From Candidatus Zixiibacteriota bacterium (GTDB lineage Bacteria > Zixibacteria > MSB-5A5 > GN15 > FEB-12), in the NCBI GenBank assembly GCA_041742355.1, contig JBGSIV010000107.1, positions 1-24,095 of the forward strand: a stretch of 24,095 bases of DNA. Reading direction: 5' to 3'. This document shows positions 9,785-19,000 of the stretch, one piece after another. Made by a program: the position numbers and the translations under genes. How positions within the stretch are numbered: the stretch's first letter is position 1; each line of letters opens with the position of its first letter. The notes below the pieces were generated by a model. It saw nothing but the letters and a program-made list of their open reading frames with translations. It searched no databases and was not told the origin of the DNA.

Positions 9785-10900
9785 CTACATCAGGGAGCCG
9801 GCCTTGTACTGGGACAGGTAGATGGTCCAGAGCAGAATGAGTGAAGCAACAGCGTAGGCAGGGAGGAGCCATCGGCGGCGGGGTGATTTCACACTCAGGC
9901 CGATCATGACCGCGAGCGGGAAAGCGACCACAATGTGGCGGTAGTAACTGTCGGTTGTTCCCGCGGACGGAGTGAAAAGCAGCACCGCCCACAGGTAGAT
10001 CTGCCAGCTTACAGGGACCTTGCGCGTGTAGAAGAGAGCCAGGAGCGCGGCCGTGAAAATGAGTATAACGCGAATGGGGTGAGCGCCGGAGAGATTCATG
10101 ACAGCGTCGAATATCGGAATCAGCGGGAAAGCGGCCTCGTGGGCGTAGTAGGGTTTTGACTGGAAGTGGACATAGAGGAAGAAATCGTCGAATCGGATCC
10201 AGTAGTAGAGGGCATAGAGGATCAAAGCGACTCCGGCGGCGGCGACACCTGATGCGAGAGCAAGGCGCTGTCGGTTCGCCAGGGAGCGCCAGCGGGCAAT
10301 GAGGGTCCAGAGGATCGGAAGGGTGATGACAATCCCCGAAGGGTAGGTCACCGCAAGGAGGCCGGCCGGAAGAGCGCACGCCCAGTAGCGCTCCCGATCG
10401 AGGAAGTAGAAGACACTCACAGCCAGCAGGAGGTACACCGCATACGGGAACGCGGTCAGGAAGTAGAACGAAGTCGGAAAGAGAAGCAGGGCGCCGAGCG
10501 AGGTCAGGGCCACGGCATGATCGAATCGGGCGGCCACCAGGCGGTAGAGAAGGAGCAGCGCAAGATAGAAGGCGATGAAGCTCGTGATGAGCAGACTCCA
10601 GCGCATGTCGAGACCGATTGGACTGAGGATCAGGTCCACAGCGCGGGCTGCCATCGGTAAGAGAGGGAACCAGCCGACATTCCCGCATACCCAGGCGGGA
10701 TTATCTGGGCAGGGAAACGCCTCGTAGCCGGTGGCGGCGATCGACAGGTAGTGCTGCCCATCCCACTGGGTGAGCACACGCCACAGCGGGTCGTATTTTC
10801 GGTCGCCGGTGCCGAGAAGGGAGAGCATCACCGCCAGGTAGAGGCCAAAGAGGAGGGAGGGGGCGAGGAAACTTTTGCTTTTCAGGGCGGTGAAATTCAT
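9785..10900 (-). CDS. Integral membrane GT-C glycosyltransferase (PIG-V/mannosyltransferase-like)
   Basis: QWDGQHYLSIAATGY loop after TM1, GWFPLLP, LLLFPTSFYFLTAFPYAVYLLL; multiple TM helices. Confidence 0.8.
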   Translation of the reverse strand: MNFTALKSKSFLAPSLLFGLYLAVMLSLLGTGDRKYDPLWRVLTQWDGQHYLSIAATGYEAFPCPDNPAWVCGNVGWFPLLPMAARAVDLILSPIGLDMRWSLLITSFIAFYLALLLLYRLVAARFDHAVALTSLGALLLFPTSFYFLTAFPYAVYLLLAVSVFYFLDRERYWACALPAGLLAVTYPSGIVITLPILWTLIARWRSLANRQRLALASGVAAAGVALILYALYYWIRFDDFFLYVHFQSKPYYAHEAAFPLIPIFDAVMNLSGAHPIRVILIFTAALLALFYTRKVPVSWQIYLWAVLLFTPSAGTTDSYYRHIVVAFPLAVMIGLSVKSPRRRWLLPAYAVASLILLWTIYLSQYKAGSLM

Positions 10901-10933
10901 TAAGTTGCTCTCGGTGTCGGCATTGTGACATCC

Positions 10934-10965
10934 GGGGATCCCACAGCAAGCTGTGGGCGACCCCT
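10934..10965 (-). repeat. Solo copy of the REP-like hairpin found in the 21243-21525 array
   Basis: Minus strand AGGGGTCG-CCCACAGC-TT-GCTGTGGG-A versus array CAGGGTGC-CCCACCGC-TT-GCGGTGGG-A. Confidence 0.7.
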
Positions 10966-11019
10966 TGCAGCAAGCGGTGACGACGGACCCGGTAGATCGG
11001 CAGCAAGGTAGTATCAGGC

Positions 11020-12792
11020 ATGGATTGGCGAAAGCTCAAAGTTCGTGGCAGCAGATTCGGTAGCGGCGGCATCGGCACCGACACGGTGCTCCAACTCGGC
11101 GCGGCACTCCTGCTGGCCGTCTACTATGCGTTGCCCTTCCTGCTCAAGTTGACCTGGTGGGGGGTGCGGGACTGGGATCTCTTCCTGACCATCGCGGCGG
11201 TTCCGGCGGGGAGCGTTCTCGACTACGGACAATTTCCATTCTGGAATCCGTACCTGTCGGGGGGAAACATCCTGTTTCATCACCCGGAAGTGGCGGTGCT
11301 CACGCCGTTCTTCCTCCTCTACCTGATATTCGGAGCTGTCATCGGACTTAAGCTGCAGGTGTTGATCGCGTACTTCCTCGGGTTCTGGGGGAGCATGCGA
11401 CTGGGGCGGACCTTGGGGATATCAAAGGCCGGGGCGGCGGTCGCGGCGGTCGCATACTTCGGATCGGTGCACCTCGCGATGCACTTTGCCGAGGGGCATA
11501 TGCCGTTTACCCATTATGCCTTCCTGCCCTGGTTCATCCACTTCGTGCTGGAAGGAGCGAAGGATCGTCGGTACCTGATTGGGGCGATAATCGCGCTCGC
11601 GCTGATGATCCTGGGGAACGGGGCGGCAGTGCCGTTCCTGTACACGATGATGTTCACGGGACTGCTCCTTATCATGCGGGGGATTCACTTCAGGACAGCG
11701 GCGGAGATCAGGAGCTTCATCGCCGCGGTGGTGCTCGCAATCGGAGTGGCGGCGGTGAAAGTGGTACCGATGGTGGTCTACATGGTTCAGAACCGCTGGA
11801 CCGTGGACACCGACGAATCGGTTCCGGTGTCGGCGCTCGGGAAGATCTTCTTCGGGCTGAAACACTCGTTGTTTGCGACCAACTTCTACCCGCAGAAGTG
11901 GGCGTGGCACGAATACGGGGCGTATGTCTCGCCGCTTCTGGTACTTCTGGCGGCGTACCTTCTGGTGAAGCGGTTTCGGGCGCACTGGTACTGGCTGGTG
12001 CTGGCGGGGTTCTTCCTCCTGCTGGGACTGGGTGATTTTGGGGCGCTGTCGCCGTGGAGAATGCTGACCTCGCTGCCGGGGTTCTCCTCGCTCCGGGCGA
12101 CCGGGCGGGCGTTCGGGTTTGTGATTCTGTCGGTGGCGATCCTCGGCGGGCTGGGGTTCTCATATGTCGGGCAGATGATCGTCGGGTGGCGCCGGGAGCG
12201 CGTGCTGCGGATCGGATTGTACTCGGCCGCGGGAATTATCGTGCTCACCAACCTGGTGCTCGCATGGCCGATTATGAACGAAGCGTTTAACCGGCCGGCG
12301 CGGCAGGTGGTGCGGTCGGAGGAATTCCGCCATGTGGTGGATCAGCGGCCAAAAGCATTCGAGAACTACCTGGCAAACCGGGGTTCGCTCGTATCCCCCT
12401 GGTTGTCGGCGTATCATCCGAGCCGGGGGTTGGTCGGACCGGACAATGCGGTCTACCCCGAGTTCGTGGCGGGCGGGGAAGTTGAGGTGCTGACCCGGGA
12501 GTACACGCCGAATGTGATTACGTATCGGGTGAAAGGCGGAACCTCGGGGGGCGAACTGGTGGTCGGGATGGGGTTTGACGCGGGATGGCGGGCGGACGAC
12601 GGACGGCGGCTGGGGGAGATGCAGGGATTGATTTCATTTCCGGTCAATGCGGGGGAGCAGACGGTGGTGTTGCGGTATCGAACGCCGTACTTCTACCACG
12701 GGCTGGCGGTGTCACTCCTGACACTGGCCGGAATGGTCGTCTGGCGCCGGGGCTTGTTCGGAGCGCCGCTCACGGTACGTGCGGCGGGATAG
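11020..12792 (+). CDS. YfhO-like multi-pass membrane protein (GT-C glycosyltransferase fold)
   Basis: GQFPFWNPYLSGGN motif, many TM segments, FSSLRATGR, and a periplasmic C-terminal domain YTPNVI...FDAGWRA...GEQTVVLRYRTP followed by a TM anchor. Confidence 0.8.
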   Translation: MDWRKLKVRGSRFGSGGIGTDTVLQLGAALLLAVYYALPFLLKLTWWGVRDWDLFLTIAAVPAGSVLDYGQFPFWNPYLSGGNILFHHPEVAVLTPFFLLYLIFGAVIGLKLQVLIAYFLGFWGSMRLGRTLGISKAGAAVAAVAYFGSVHLAMHFAEGHMPFTHYAFLPWFIHFVLEGAKDRRYLIGAIIALALMILGNGAAVPFLYTMMFTGLLLIMRGIHFRTAAEIRSFIAAVVLAIGVAAVKVVPMVVYMVQNRWTVDTDESVPVSALGKIFFGLKHSLFATNFYPQKWAWHEYGAYVSPLLVLLAAYLLVKRFRAHWYWLVLAGFFLLLGLGDFGALSPWRMLTSLPGFSSLRATGRAFGFVILSVAILGGLGFSYVGQMIVGWRRERVLRIGLYSAAGIIVLTNLVLAWPIMNEAFNRPARQVVRSEEFRHVVDQRPKAFENYLANRGSLVSPWLSAYHPSRGLVGPDNAVYPEFVAGGEVEVLTREYTPNVITYRVKGGTSGGELVVGMGFDAGWRADDGRRLGEMQGLISFPVNAGEQTVVLRYRTPYFYHGLAVSLLTLAGMVVWRRGLFGAPLTVRAAG

Positions 12793-12795
12793 CCG

Positions 12796-12824
12796 TTGAC
12801 ATTCCCGCCGTCGTTCCGTATGCT
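12796..12824 (+). promoter_or_regulatory. sigma-70 promoter of the polysaccharide operon
   Basis: TTGACA (12796-12801)-17 nt-TATGCT (12819-12824). Confidence 0.8.
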
Positions 12825-12832
12825 TTCCCGAT

Positions 12833-14206
12833 ATGGTTGCCGGGGAAAGGTTTCCCCATAGAAACTCGGTTCGGAGCAAGCCTTTGATACGCGCTTTCTT
12901 CATGATTCTTCTGCAGGTGGCGGTCTTCGCCGGCGGTGTTCTGGCCCAGGACGATACGGTCGGCGCGACCGGTTATCGATTCTATGATACGCCGATCAAG
13001 CCCGATCGGTATTTGATCCGTCCGGGCGATCTTCTCAAAGTCACGTTTATCGGGACGCAGGTCGCGCCCCTATCGCTATCGGTTGACGCCGAAGGCATGG
13101 TGGTGCATCCGACCCTGGGGGTGTATGATCTCCGGGGGAAGACGCTGGCGGCTGTCCGCGCGGAACTGGGCGAGGCCCTGGGCCGCCTCTACCGGGCGGA
13201 TCGCATAGTGATCTCAGTCGGGCAGCCGCGGCTTGTGGCGATTCGAGTCGGTGGCTCGGTGGCCGAACCGGGTCTGTACGCTGCCTTTACCTCGCAGCGA
13301 GTTTCGGAACTCATCGACTCGGCGGGCGGGGTTCTGCCCGGCGGGTCACGCCGGGTGATCCGGCTGGAGGGAGGGCCCGAGGATGTGCCGGTTGACCTCG
13401 ATCGGGCGCGCTACCTCGGTGAGAGCAATTGGGATCCGGCGGTGTATGGCGGTTTTGCGGTGATTGTGCCGCCGCGATCGGACAAGATAGTGAACGTGGT
13501 TGGAGAAGTAGCGCGGCCGTGCGAGATAGAGTTCGTGCCGGGCGAGACAGTGGCCGACCTCATTGCGCTGGCCGGCGGACTACGCGCCACGGCTGACAGC
13601 GCGAAGATCACCGTCATCCGCGGAACCGGGCAGATGCCGGCCGAAGGCGTTGAGCTACAGGCGGGAGATATCGTTCTTGTGCCGCTGCAGCGCGGACCGG
13701 AGGCCGAGGACGGGGTAACGGTCTTCGGGGCGGTGCAGATCCCGGGTCGACATCCGATCGATGAGTCCTCAACCCTTGCCGATGTGATCGCGGCTGCGGG
13801 CGGTTTCCTGCCGACCGCGGCGCCCTCGGAATTGACAGTGTTCCGCAAAGTCCCGATCGAGGCGGTGTCCCGGGCGGGTAATCGTTATGCGATCGGCAAC
13901 CTGGTCAATTCGCCGCAGGAAATTCGGCCGTTCCCGCTTCGCCAGGGAGACTCGATCTTCGTGCCGCTGTCGGTGGGCTACGTTCTGGTCAGCGGCGAGG
14001 TGTATAATCCGGGTATGTTCCCTTATGAGTCAGGCAAATCGGTGGCGGACTACGTCCGGGCGGCGGGCGGATTTCTGCCGTCGGCTGACCAGAAGTCGGT
14101 CGAGCTGTTCCACCGGATTTCGCGGATGACGACTCAAAGCCCGGTGGACGTGCTGGCGCACGACGGCGATGAGATCCTGGTCCGCCGGCGGGAGGAACTC
14201 CGGTGA
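12833..14206 (+). CDS. Polysaccharide export protein with multiple SLBB domains (Wza/KpsD-like); start uncertain (12833, TTG 12884 or ATG 12902)
   Basis: Signal-like segment; YLIRPGDLLKV poly_export motif; four SLBB repeats (VGGSVAEPG, VVGEVARP, VFGAVQIPG, VSGEVYNPG), each followed by an AGG motif. Confidence 0.9.
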   Translation: MVAGERFPHRNSVRSKPLIRAFFMILLQVAVFAGGVLAQDDTVGATGYRFYDTPIKPDRYLIRPGDLLKVTFIGTQVAPLSLSVDAEGMVVHPTLGVYDLRGKTLAAVRAELGEALGRLYRADRIVISVGQPRLVAIRVGGSVAEPGLYAAFTSQRVSELIDSAGGVLPGGSRRVIRLEGGPEDVPVDLDRARYLGESNWDPAVYGGFAVIVPPRSDKIVNVVGEVARPCEIEFVPGETVADLIALAGGLRATADSAKITVIRGTGQMPAEGVELQAGDIVLVPLQRGPEAEDGVTVFGAVQIPGRHPIDESSTLADVIAAAGGFLPTAAPSELTVFRKVPIEAVSRAGNRYAIGNLVNSPQEIRPFPLRQGDSIFVPLSVGYVLVSGEVYNPGMFPYESGKSVADYVRAAGGFLPSADQKSVELFHRISRMTTQSPVDVLAHDGDEILVRRREELR

Positions 14207-15411
14207 CAGATCGCGAACAAACCAACAATTTCTGGCTCTTTCTGGAGCTGCTGGCACGGCGCCGGACGTTCATCATGGCGTTCGTGCTGCTGGCCACATT
14301 GAGCGCGGTGGCGGTGGCATTCGTGCTGCCCAAGTGGTACCGCGCGACCGCCCTTCTGCTTCCGCCTAAAGACCTGTCGTTGCCGTCGCCGGGACCGGGA
14401 CAGCTCGCCGAAGTAGTGTCGGTGACCCGGGGATTGAATCTGCCGGTGATGGTGACACCGTCGGACGTCTACGCCCGGATGCTCAAGAGCCGGACAATCG
14501 CGCGTGAGATTATCGACCGGTTCGACCTGCAGACACTCTACCGCGAGGACAATTTTGTCGAGACGTACGATGTCCTGATGGACCGGGCGGCGTTTCGGGT
14601 GACCGAGGAAGGGTTGCTCGAAATCTCGGTGGAGGATAAAGACCCGACGCGTGCGGCGGACATGGCCAACGCGTTTGTGGCGGTGCTTGACAGCATCAAC
14701 CGCGATATCGTGACCGAACGGGTTCGGCAGAACCGTGCGTTTGTCGCGGAGCGCCTGGAGCAGGCGCGTTCGGAACTGGACACGGCCCGGGCCAGGTTCC
14801 AGGAGTTCCAAATGGTCAACCGGGCAATCGATTTCGACGAGCAGACACGGCTGGCGATCGACCAGGCGGCCGGCTTGAAAAGCACGATGGCCGGGCTCAC
14901 GCTGGAGATCGCCATGCTGGAGCAGACACTGGGCACCGAGAACACCCAGCTGCGGGACCTCAGGCACCGCCGCGAGGCCGTGCAGAATCAGCTCGATCAA
15001 CTGGAACGGAGCAACCCCGACAGCTCCTTCTTCTCGCTGCCGGTGTCGGCCATTCCGAGCCTCCGCGGGCAATACGAGGTGCTCTACAGCCGCGTGCGGG
15101 TGGCCGAGTCGATTTACCGGATGCTGCTCGAACAGCTCGAAGAGGTGAAGTACCAGGAGCAGGAGAAGACGCCGACGCTGTCGGTGCTCGACCGGGCGAT
15201 GCCGCCGGAAATCAAGAGCCGTCCGCAGCGCCGGGTGATCGTGCTTTCGACGTTTATTCTGTCGGTGCTGGCGGCGGTGATGCTGGCGGCGCTGGTGGAT
15301 TATGTTGCCCGGATGCAGGCGAGCAACCCGGAGAACTACCGCCGGGTGCAGTTGTTCGTGCGGGCGTGGTTCGGCTGGCTGCCCGGTGTGAAGCGCCGCT
15401 GGGCGGCCTGA
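14203..15411 (+). CDS. Wzz/GumC-family polysaccharide co-polymerase (no kinase domain)
   Basis: TM1 followed by LPKWYRATALLLPP, long coiled coil, VLDRAMPPEIKSRPQR then TM2; GTGA overlap with the upstream gene. Confidence 0.9.
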   Translation: MTDREQTNNFWLFLELLARRRTFIMAFVLLATLSAVAVAFVLPKWYRATALLLPPKDLSLPSPGPGQLAEVVSVTRGLNLPVMVTPSDVYARMLKSRTIAREIIDRFDLQTLYREDNFVETYDVLMDRAAFRVTEEGLLEISVEDKDPTRAADMANAFVAVLDSINRDIVTERVRQNRAFVAERLEQARSELDTARARFQEFQMVNRAIDFDEQTRLAIDQAAGLKSTMAGLTLEIAMLEQTLGTENTQLRDLRHRREAVQNQLDQLERSNPDSSFFSLPVSAIPSLRGQYEVLYSRVRVAESIYRMLLEQLEEVKYQEQEKTPTLSVLDRAMPPEIKSRPQRRVIVLSTFILSVLAAVMLAALVDYVARMQASNPENYRRVQLFVRAWFGWLPGVKRRWAA

Positions 15412-15478
15412 TCGGGAAGCGCGAGTGCGAGTCGGGCCAACCCTCCGTTAACCCACTGAAGCAGAAGGAACCTATCAG

Positions 15479-16240
15479 ATGACGACTTCCACTATTGCCC
15501 CCGGCGCACGAATCGATGCGTCCTCACAGGTGGGGGAGTACTGTGTGCTGGGTGACCGGGTCAGGATCGGCCGGGGATGTGTGCTCGGCCACCACGTGGT
15601 GATCCACGAAGGGACCATTATCGGCGACAACGTGCGGATCGACGACAACGCGGTCATCGGCAAGCTGCCGATGCGGGCCGCCAACTCGGCCGTGACGAAG
15701 GAGCAGGAACTGTCGCCGTGCACGATCGGCTCCAACTGCATTATCGGGACCGGCGTGGTGATTTACCGGGGCTGCGAAATCGGCGAGAGCGTGCTGGTGG
15801 CCGACCTGTCGACCGTGCGCGAAAATGTCACGATCGGCAAGAAGACGATCGTGGGGCGCGGGGTGGCAATCGAAAATTTCTGCAAGATCGGCAAGTTTTG
15901 CAAGCTGGAGACCAACGTGTACATCACGGCGTACTCCGAACTGGGCGACCGAGTGTTCGTCGCGCCGTGCGTGGCGACCTCGAACGACAATTTCGTGGGG
16001 CGCACGCAGGAGCGGTTCAAGCACTTCAAGGGAGTGACGGTGAAGAAGGGTGGGCGGATCGGGGTCAATTCGACAATCCTGCCCGGGAAAACAATCGGCG
16101 AGGATGCGCTGGTCGGGGCGGGTGCGGTGGTGACGACCGATGTACCCGATGGAAAGATTGTGGTCGGGATGCCGGCGAAGGTGTTCCGCGATGTGCCCGA
16201 AGAGCAGAAGCTCAAAAATCAAGGCTGGAAAGACGAGTAA
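15479..16240 (+). CDS. Hexapeptide-repeat (left-handed beta-helix) sugar N-acyltransferase, WbpD/WlbB-like
   Basis: Many xIGxxx repeats; FVAPCVATSND and GRIGVNSTILPGKTIGEDALVGAGAVVTTDVP...VVGMPAK; RBS AAGGA. Confidence 0.88.
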   Translation: MTTSTIAPGARIDASSQVGEYCVLGDRVRIGRGCVLGHHVVIHEGTIIGDNVRIDDNAVIGKLPMRAANSAVTKEQELSPCTIGSNCIIGTGVVIYRGCEIGESVLVADLSTVRENVTIGKKTIVGRGVAIENFCKIGKFCKLETNVYITAYSELGDRVFVAPCVATSNDNFVGRTQERFKHFKGVTVKKGGRIGVNSTILPGKTIGEDALVGAGAVVTTDVPDGKIVVGMPAKVFRDVPEEQKLKNQGWKDE

Positions 16241-16253
16241 GGAGTCGAGTGTT

Positions 16254-17360
16254 ATGGCGGTACCGCTTCTGGACGTTACACGGCAGTACAAGGCGCTGAA
16301 ACGGGAGATGGACGAGGCCGTTCTCGGGGTTCTCGCCAGCGGCCAGTTTATTCTTGGGCCGGAGGTGACCAAGCTCGAGGAGGAGATCGCGCACGTGAGC
16401 GGTGTCCGCCACGGCATCGGCGTCGCCTCGGTAACCGACGCGTTGCTCCTGGCGCTCCGGGCGTGCGGAGTGGGGCCGGGGGATGAAGTGATCACCACGG
16501 ATTTCTCGTTCTTCGCGACCGCCGGTGTCGTGTCGCGCCTCGGGGCCAAGCCGGTGCTGGTCGATATCGAGCCGGACACATACAATATCGATCCCGCGCT
16601 GATCGAGGATGCGATCACCAAACATACCAAAGTCATCATGCCGGTGCACCTGTTCGGCCAGATGGCCGATATGGATGCGATCATGGAAATCGCCAAGCGC
16701 TACAATCTGAAGGTGGTTGAGGACGCGGCGCAGTCGATCGGCGCGATGTACAAGGGGCGGCCGTGCGGATCGTTTGGCGACTACGGCTGCTACTCGTTCT
16801 ATCCGTCGAAAAATCTCGGGGCGATCGGCGACGGCGGCCTGATCGTGACGGACCATCAGGAGAACAACCAGGCGATTCGGATTCTTCGCCAGCACGGGGC
16901 CGAGCCGAAGTACTACCACAAGCTCGTGGGATACAATTCGCGGCTGGCGTCGGTACAGGCGGCGGCCCTGCGTGTGAAGCTGCCGCACCTGGAGGGGTGG
17001 TCGAAGAAGCGGATCGAGAACGCGAAGCGGTACACCGAGGCGTTCAAGGGGATCAAAGAGATCAAGACGCCGGTCGTGAAGGATTATTCGACCTTCCACA
17101 TATTCAACCAGTACACGATCGCCGTGCCGAACCGCGACGAGGTGATGGCGAAACTGAAGGGCATGGGAATCGGCTGCGAAGTCTACTACCCGGTGCCGTT
17201 CCACGTGCAGGAGTGTTTCGCCTACCTCGGATACAAGCCGGAGGATTTCCCGGTGTCGAACAAAGCGGCCGCGGAAGTCCTGTCGATCCCGATCTACTCG
17301 GAACTGACCGCGGCGGAGCAGCAGGAAGTCATCGAGGCGGTGAAGCAGATTTTCCGGTAG
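16254..17360 (+). CDS. DegT/DnrJ/EryC1/StrS PLP sugar aminotransferase (WbpE-like)
   Basis: ATG 16254 with RBS AAGGAG; VHLFGQMAD, EDAAQSIG, SFYPSKNLGAIGDGG (PLP Lys), GYNSRL. Confidence 0.93.
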   Translation: MAVPLLDVTRQYKALKREMDEAVLGVLASGQFILGPEVTKLEEEIAHVSGVRHGIGVASVTDALLLALRACGVGPGDEVITTDFSFFATAGVVSRLGAKPVLVDIEPDTYNIDPALIEDAITKHTKVIMPVHLFGQMADMDAIMEIAKRYNLKVVEDAAQSIGAMYKGRPCGSFGDYGCYSFYPSKNLGAIGDGGLIVTDHQENNQAIRILRQHGAEPKYYHKLVGYNSRLASVQAAALRVKLPHLEGWSKKRIENAKRYTEAFKGIKEIKTPVVKDYSTFHIFNQYTIAVPNRDEVMAKLKGMGIGCEVYYPVPFHVQECFAYLGYKPEDFPVSNKAAAEVLSIPIYSELTAAEQQEVIEAVKQIFR

Positions 17361-17446
17361 CCGCGAAGCAACCGGAGTCAGCGGGGTATGGACAGCGTGT
17401 GTGGACAGGACTACGGCGATGACCCGCCGCAACGACCGGAGGTCGG

Positions 17447-19000
17447 ATGAGCGGCGGGTCCGTGTCGCGGGCGGTGTTCGGAGTGGCCGGGGTGCTGCTC
17501 CTGTCGCGCGTGCTGGGGTTTCTGCGTGAAGTGGTGATTGCGCACCGCTTCGGTACCAGCGCACAGTACGATCTGTACCTCGTGGCGATCATGTTCTCGG
17601 CCCTCGCGTACGGTATTTTCAACTACGCCGGATACTACCTCTTTGTCCCGTATCTCACCCGAAAACTGCAGGCGGCGCAGGGGAGCACGGCGCCCGATTT
17701 CTGGCCCCTGGTGAATTCGGGCGCGGTGGCGGCGATAATCATGGCGGCGGTACTTGTGCTGGCCGCTCCGCTCCTGCTGCGGTTCTGGACCGTCGATTAC
17801 CTTGCGGCCGACTACGCGCAGGTCGTGTTCTACAGCCGGATCACAGCAGTGGCGGTGGTGCTCGGAGTGGGCGAAGCATTCATGCGGGCCTTTCTCAATG
17901 TGAAGCGGATCTATTCCTACCCGGCGTTTGGCTACATCGTGTTCAACCTGTTCTCGATTGGGAGCATTTTCTTTTTTGCCGACTCGCTCGGCGTGAGTGC
18001 GATTGCCCTCGGCTGGATCGGCGGATTACTCGTGCAGAATATCTACCTCGGCCTGCGGCTGGCGGGGGTGCACTCGTTCGGGGGGTACCGTCCGCAGGTG
18101 TTCACCGACGAAACGAAGTTCCTCGTGACGACAGCGGGGGCGCTGATTGTCATCGAACTGATCAACCGGTCGTATTTCCTGATCGATCGGTACTTCGCGC
18201 CGCAATTCGGCGAGGGGATTGTCTCCGCGCTCAACTACAGCCAGGTGCTGGTGCAACTGCCGGATTCGATTGTCGGGTTCGCGATCGGGGCGGTCGTGTT
18301 TCCGATTTTCTCGGCGCACAGCGGGGAGGGGGATCGGAAGAAGTTCTGGGGCCTGTACAGCCGGAGCATCACCGTGGCCTTCCTGCTGGCGGTGCCGATC
18401 GCCGGAGCGCTGTTTGTGAGCGCGCCGGAGGTGGTGTACCTGCTCTTCCAGCGGGGTGAGTTTGATCCGACCTCCACGGCGATCACGGTGACAGTCCTGC
18501 GGCCGTATCTGCCAGCGCTGATCGCGCTGTTCCTGGTGTCCATGTCTATCCGGGCGTGCTATTCGGGTGGCTGGGTGCGGGCAGTGTTCTATGCGGCGGT
18601 CGGCGTGTTCGCGGTGAAAGCGATCGGCACGGCGGTACTCTCGCGCTGGGTCGGGTACGCCGGGATTTCGGCGGGGACCTCCCTGGCCGAGGTCGGATTT
18701 GCGCTGGTGCTGGTGGCGACCGTGGTACGGCGGGTCCGTCCGGAAGGGGGCCGGGCGTTCGTGTGGACCCTGGTGCGGATCCTGATCGCGGGTGTGGCGG
18801 CCTCGGCGCTGGCAATAGTTGTGCTCCAGTGGCTGCCGGAAGGGATGCGGGATCTGTCTCGGCTGGCGGCGGTGGGAAGAATTGCGATTGCCGGGATAAC
18901 GCTATTGGCGGGCTACGCCATGATTGGATTCATGCTCGGATTGCGCGACCAGTTCGGGAGCCTGTGGATGCGCCGCACGGCGCAGGGGAGCGGGGTGTAA
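17447..19000 (+). CDS. MurJ/MviN-family (MOP superfamily) flippase, divergent
   Basis: LLSRVLGFLREVVIAHRFGTS..YD, IDRYFA..FGEGIVSALNY, LFQRGEFDPTST; RBS GGAGG. Confidence 0.88.
   Translation: MSGGSVSRAVFGVAGVLLLSRVLGFLREVVIAHRFGTSAQYDLYLVAIMFSALAYGIFNYAGYYLFVPYLTRKLQAAQGSTAPDFWPLVNSGAVAAIIMAAVLVLAAPLLLRFWTVDYLAADYAQVVFYSRITAVAVVLGVGEAFMRAFLNVKRIYSYPAFGYIVFNLFSIGSIFFFADSLGVSAIALGWIGGLLVQNIYLGLRLAGVHSFGGYRPQVFTDETKFLVTTAGALIVIELINRSYFLIDRYFAPQFGEGIVSALNYSQVLVQLPDSIVGFAIGAVVFPIFSAHSGEGDRKKFWGLYSRSITVAFLLAVPIAGALFVSAPEVVYLLFQRGEFDPTSTAITVTVLRPYLPALIALFLVSMSIRACYSGGWVRAVFYAAVGVFAVKAIGTAVLSRWVGYAGISAGTSLAEVGFALVLVATVVRRVRPEGGRAFVWTLVRILIAGVAASALAIVVLQWLPEGMRDLSRLAAVGRIAIAGITLLAGYAMIGFMLGLRDQFGSLWMRRTAQGSGV

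Noticed and set aside
16140..16253. N-terminal extension of the aminotransferase
   Set aside because: Overlaps the acyltransferase gene; AAGGAG precedes ATG 16254, which gives the family-typical start.
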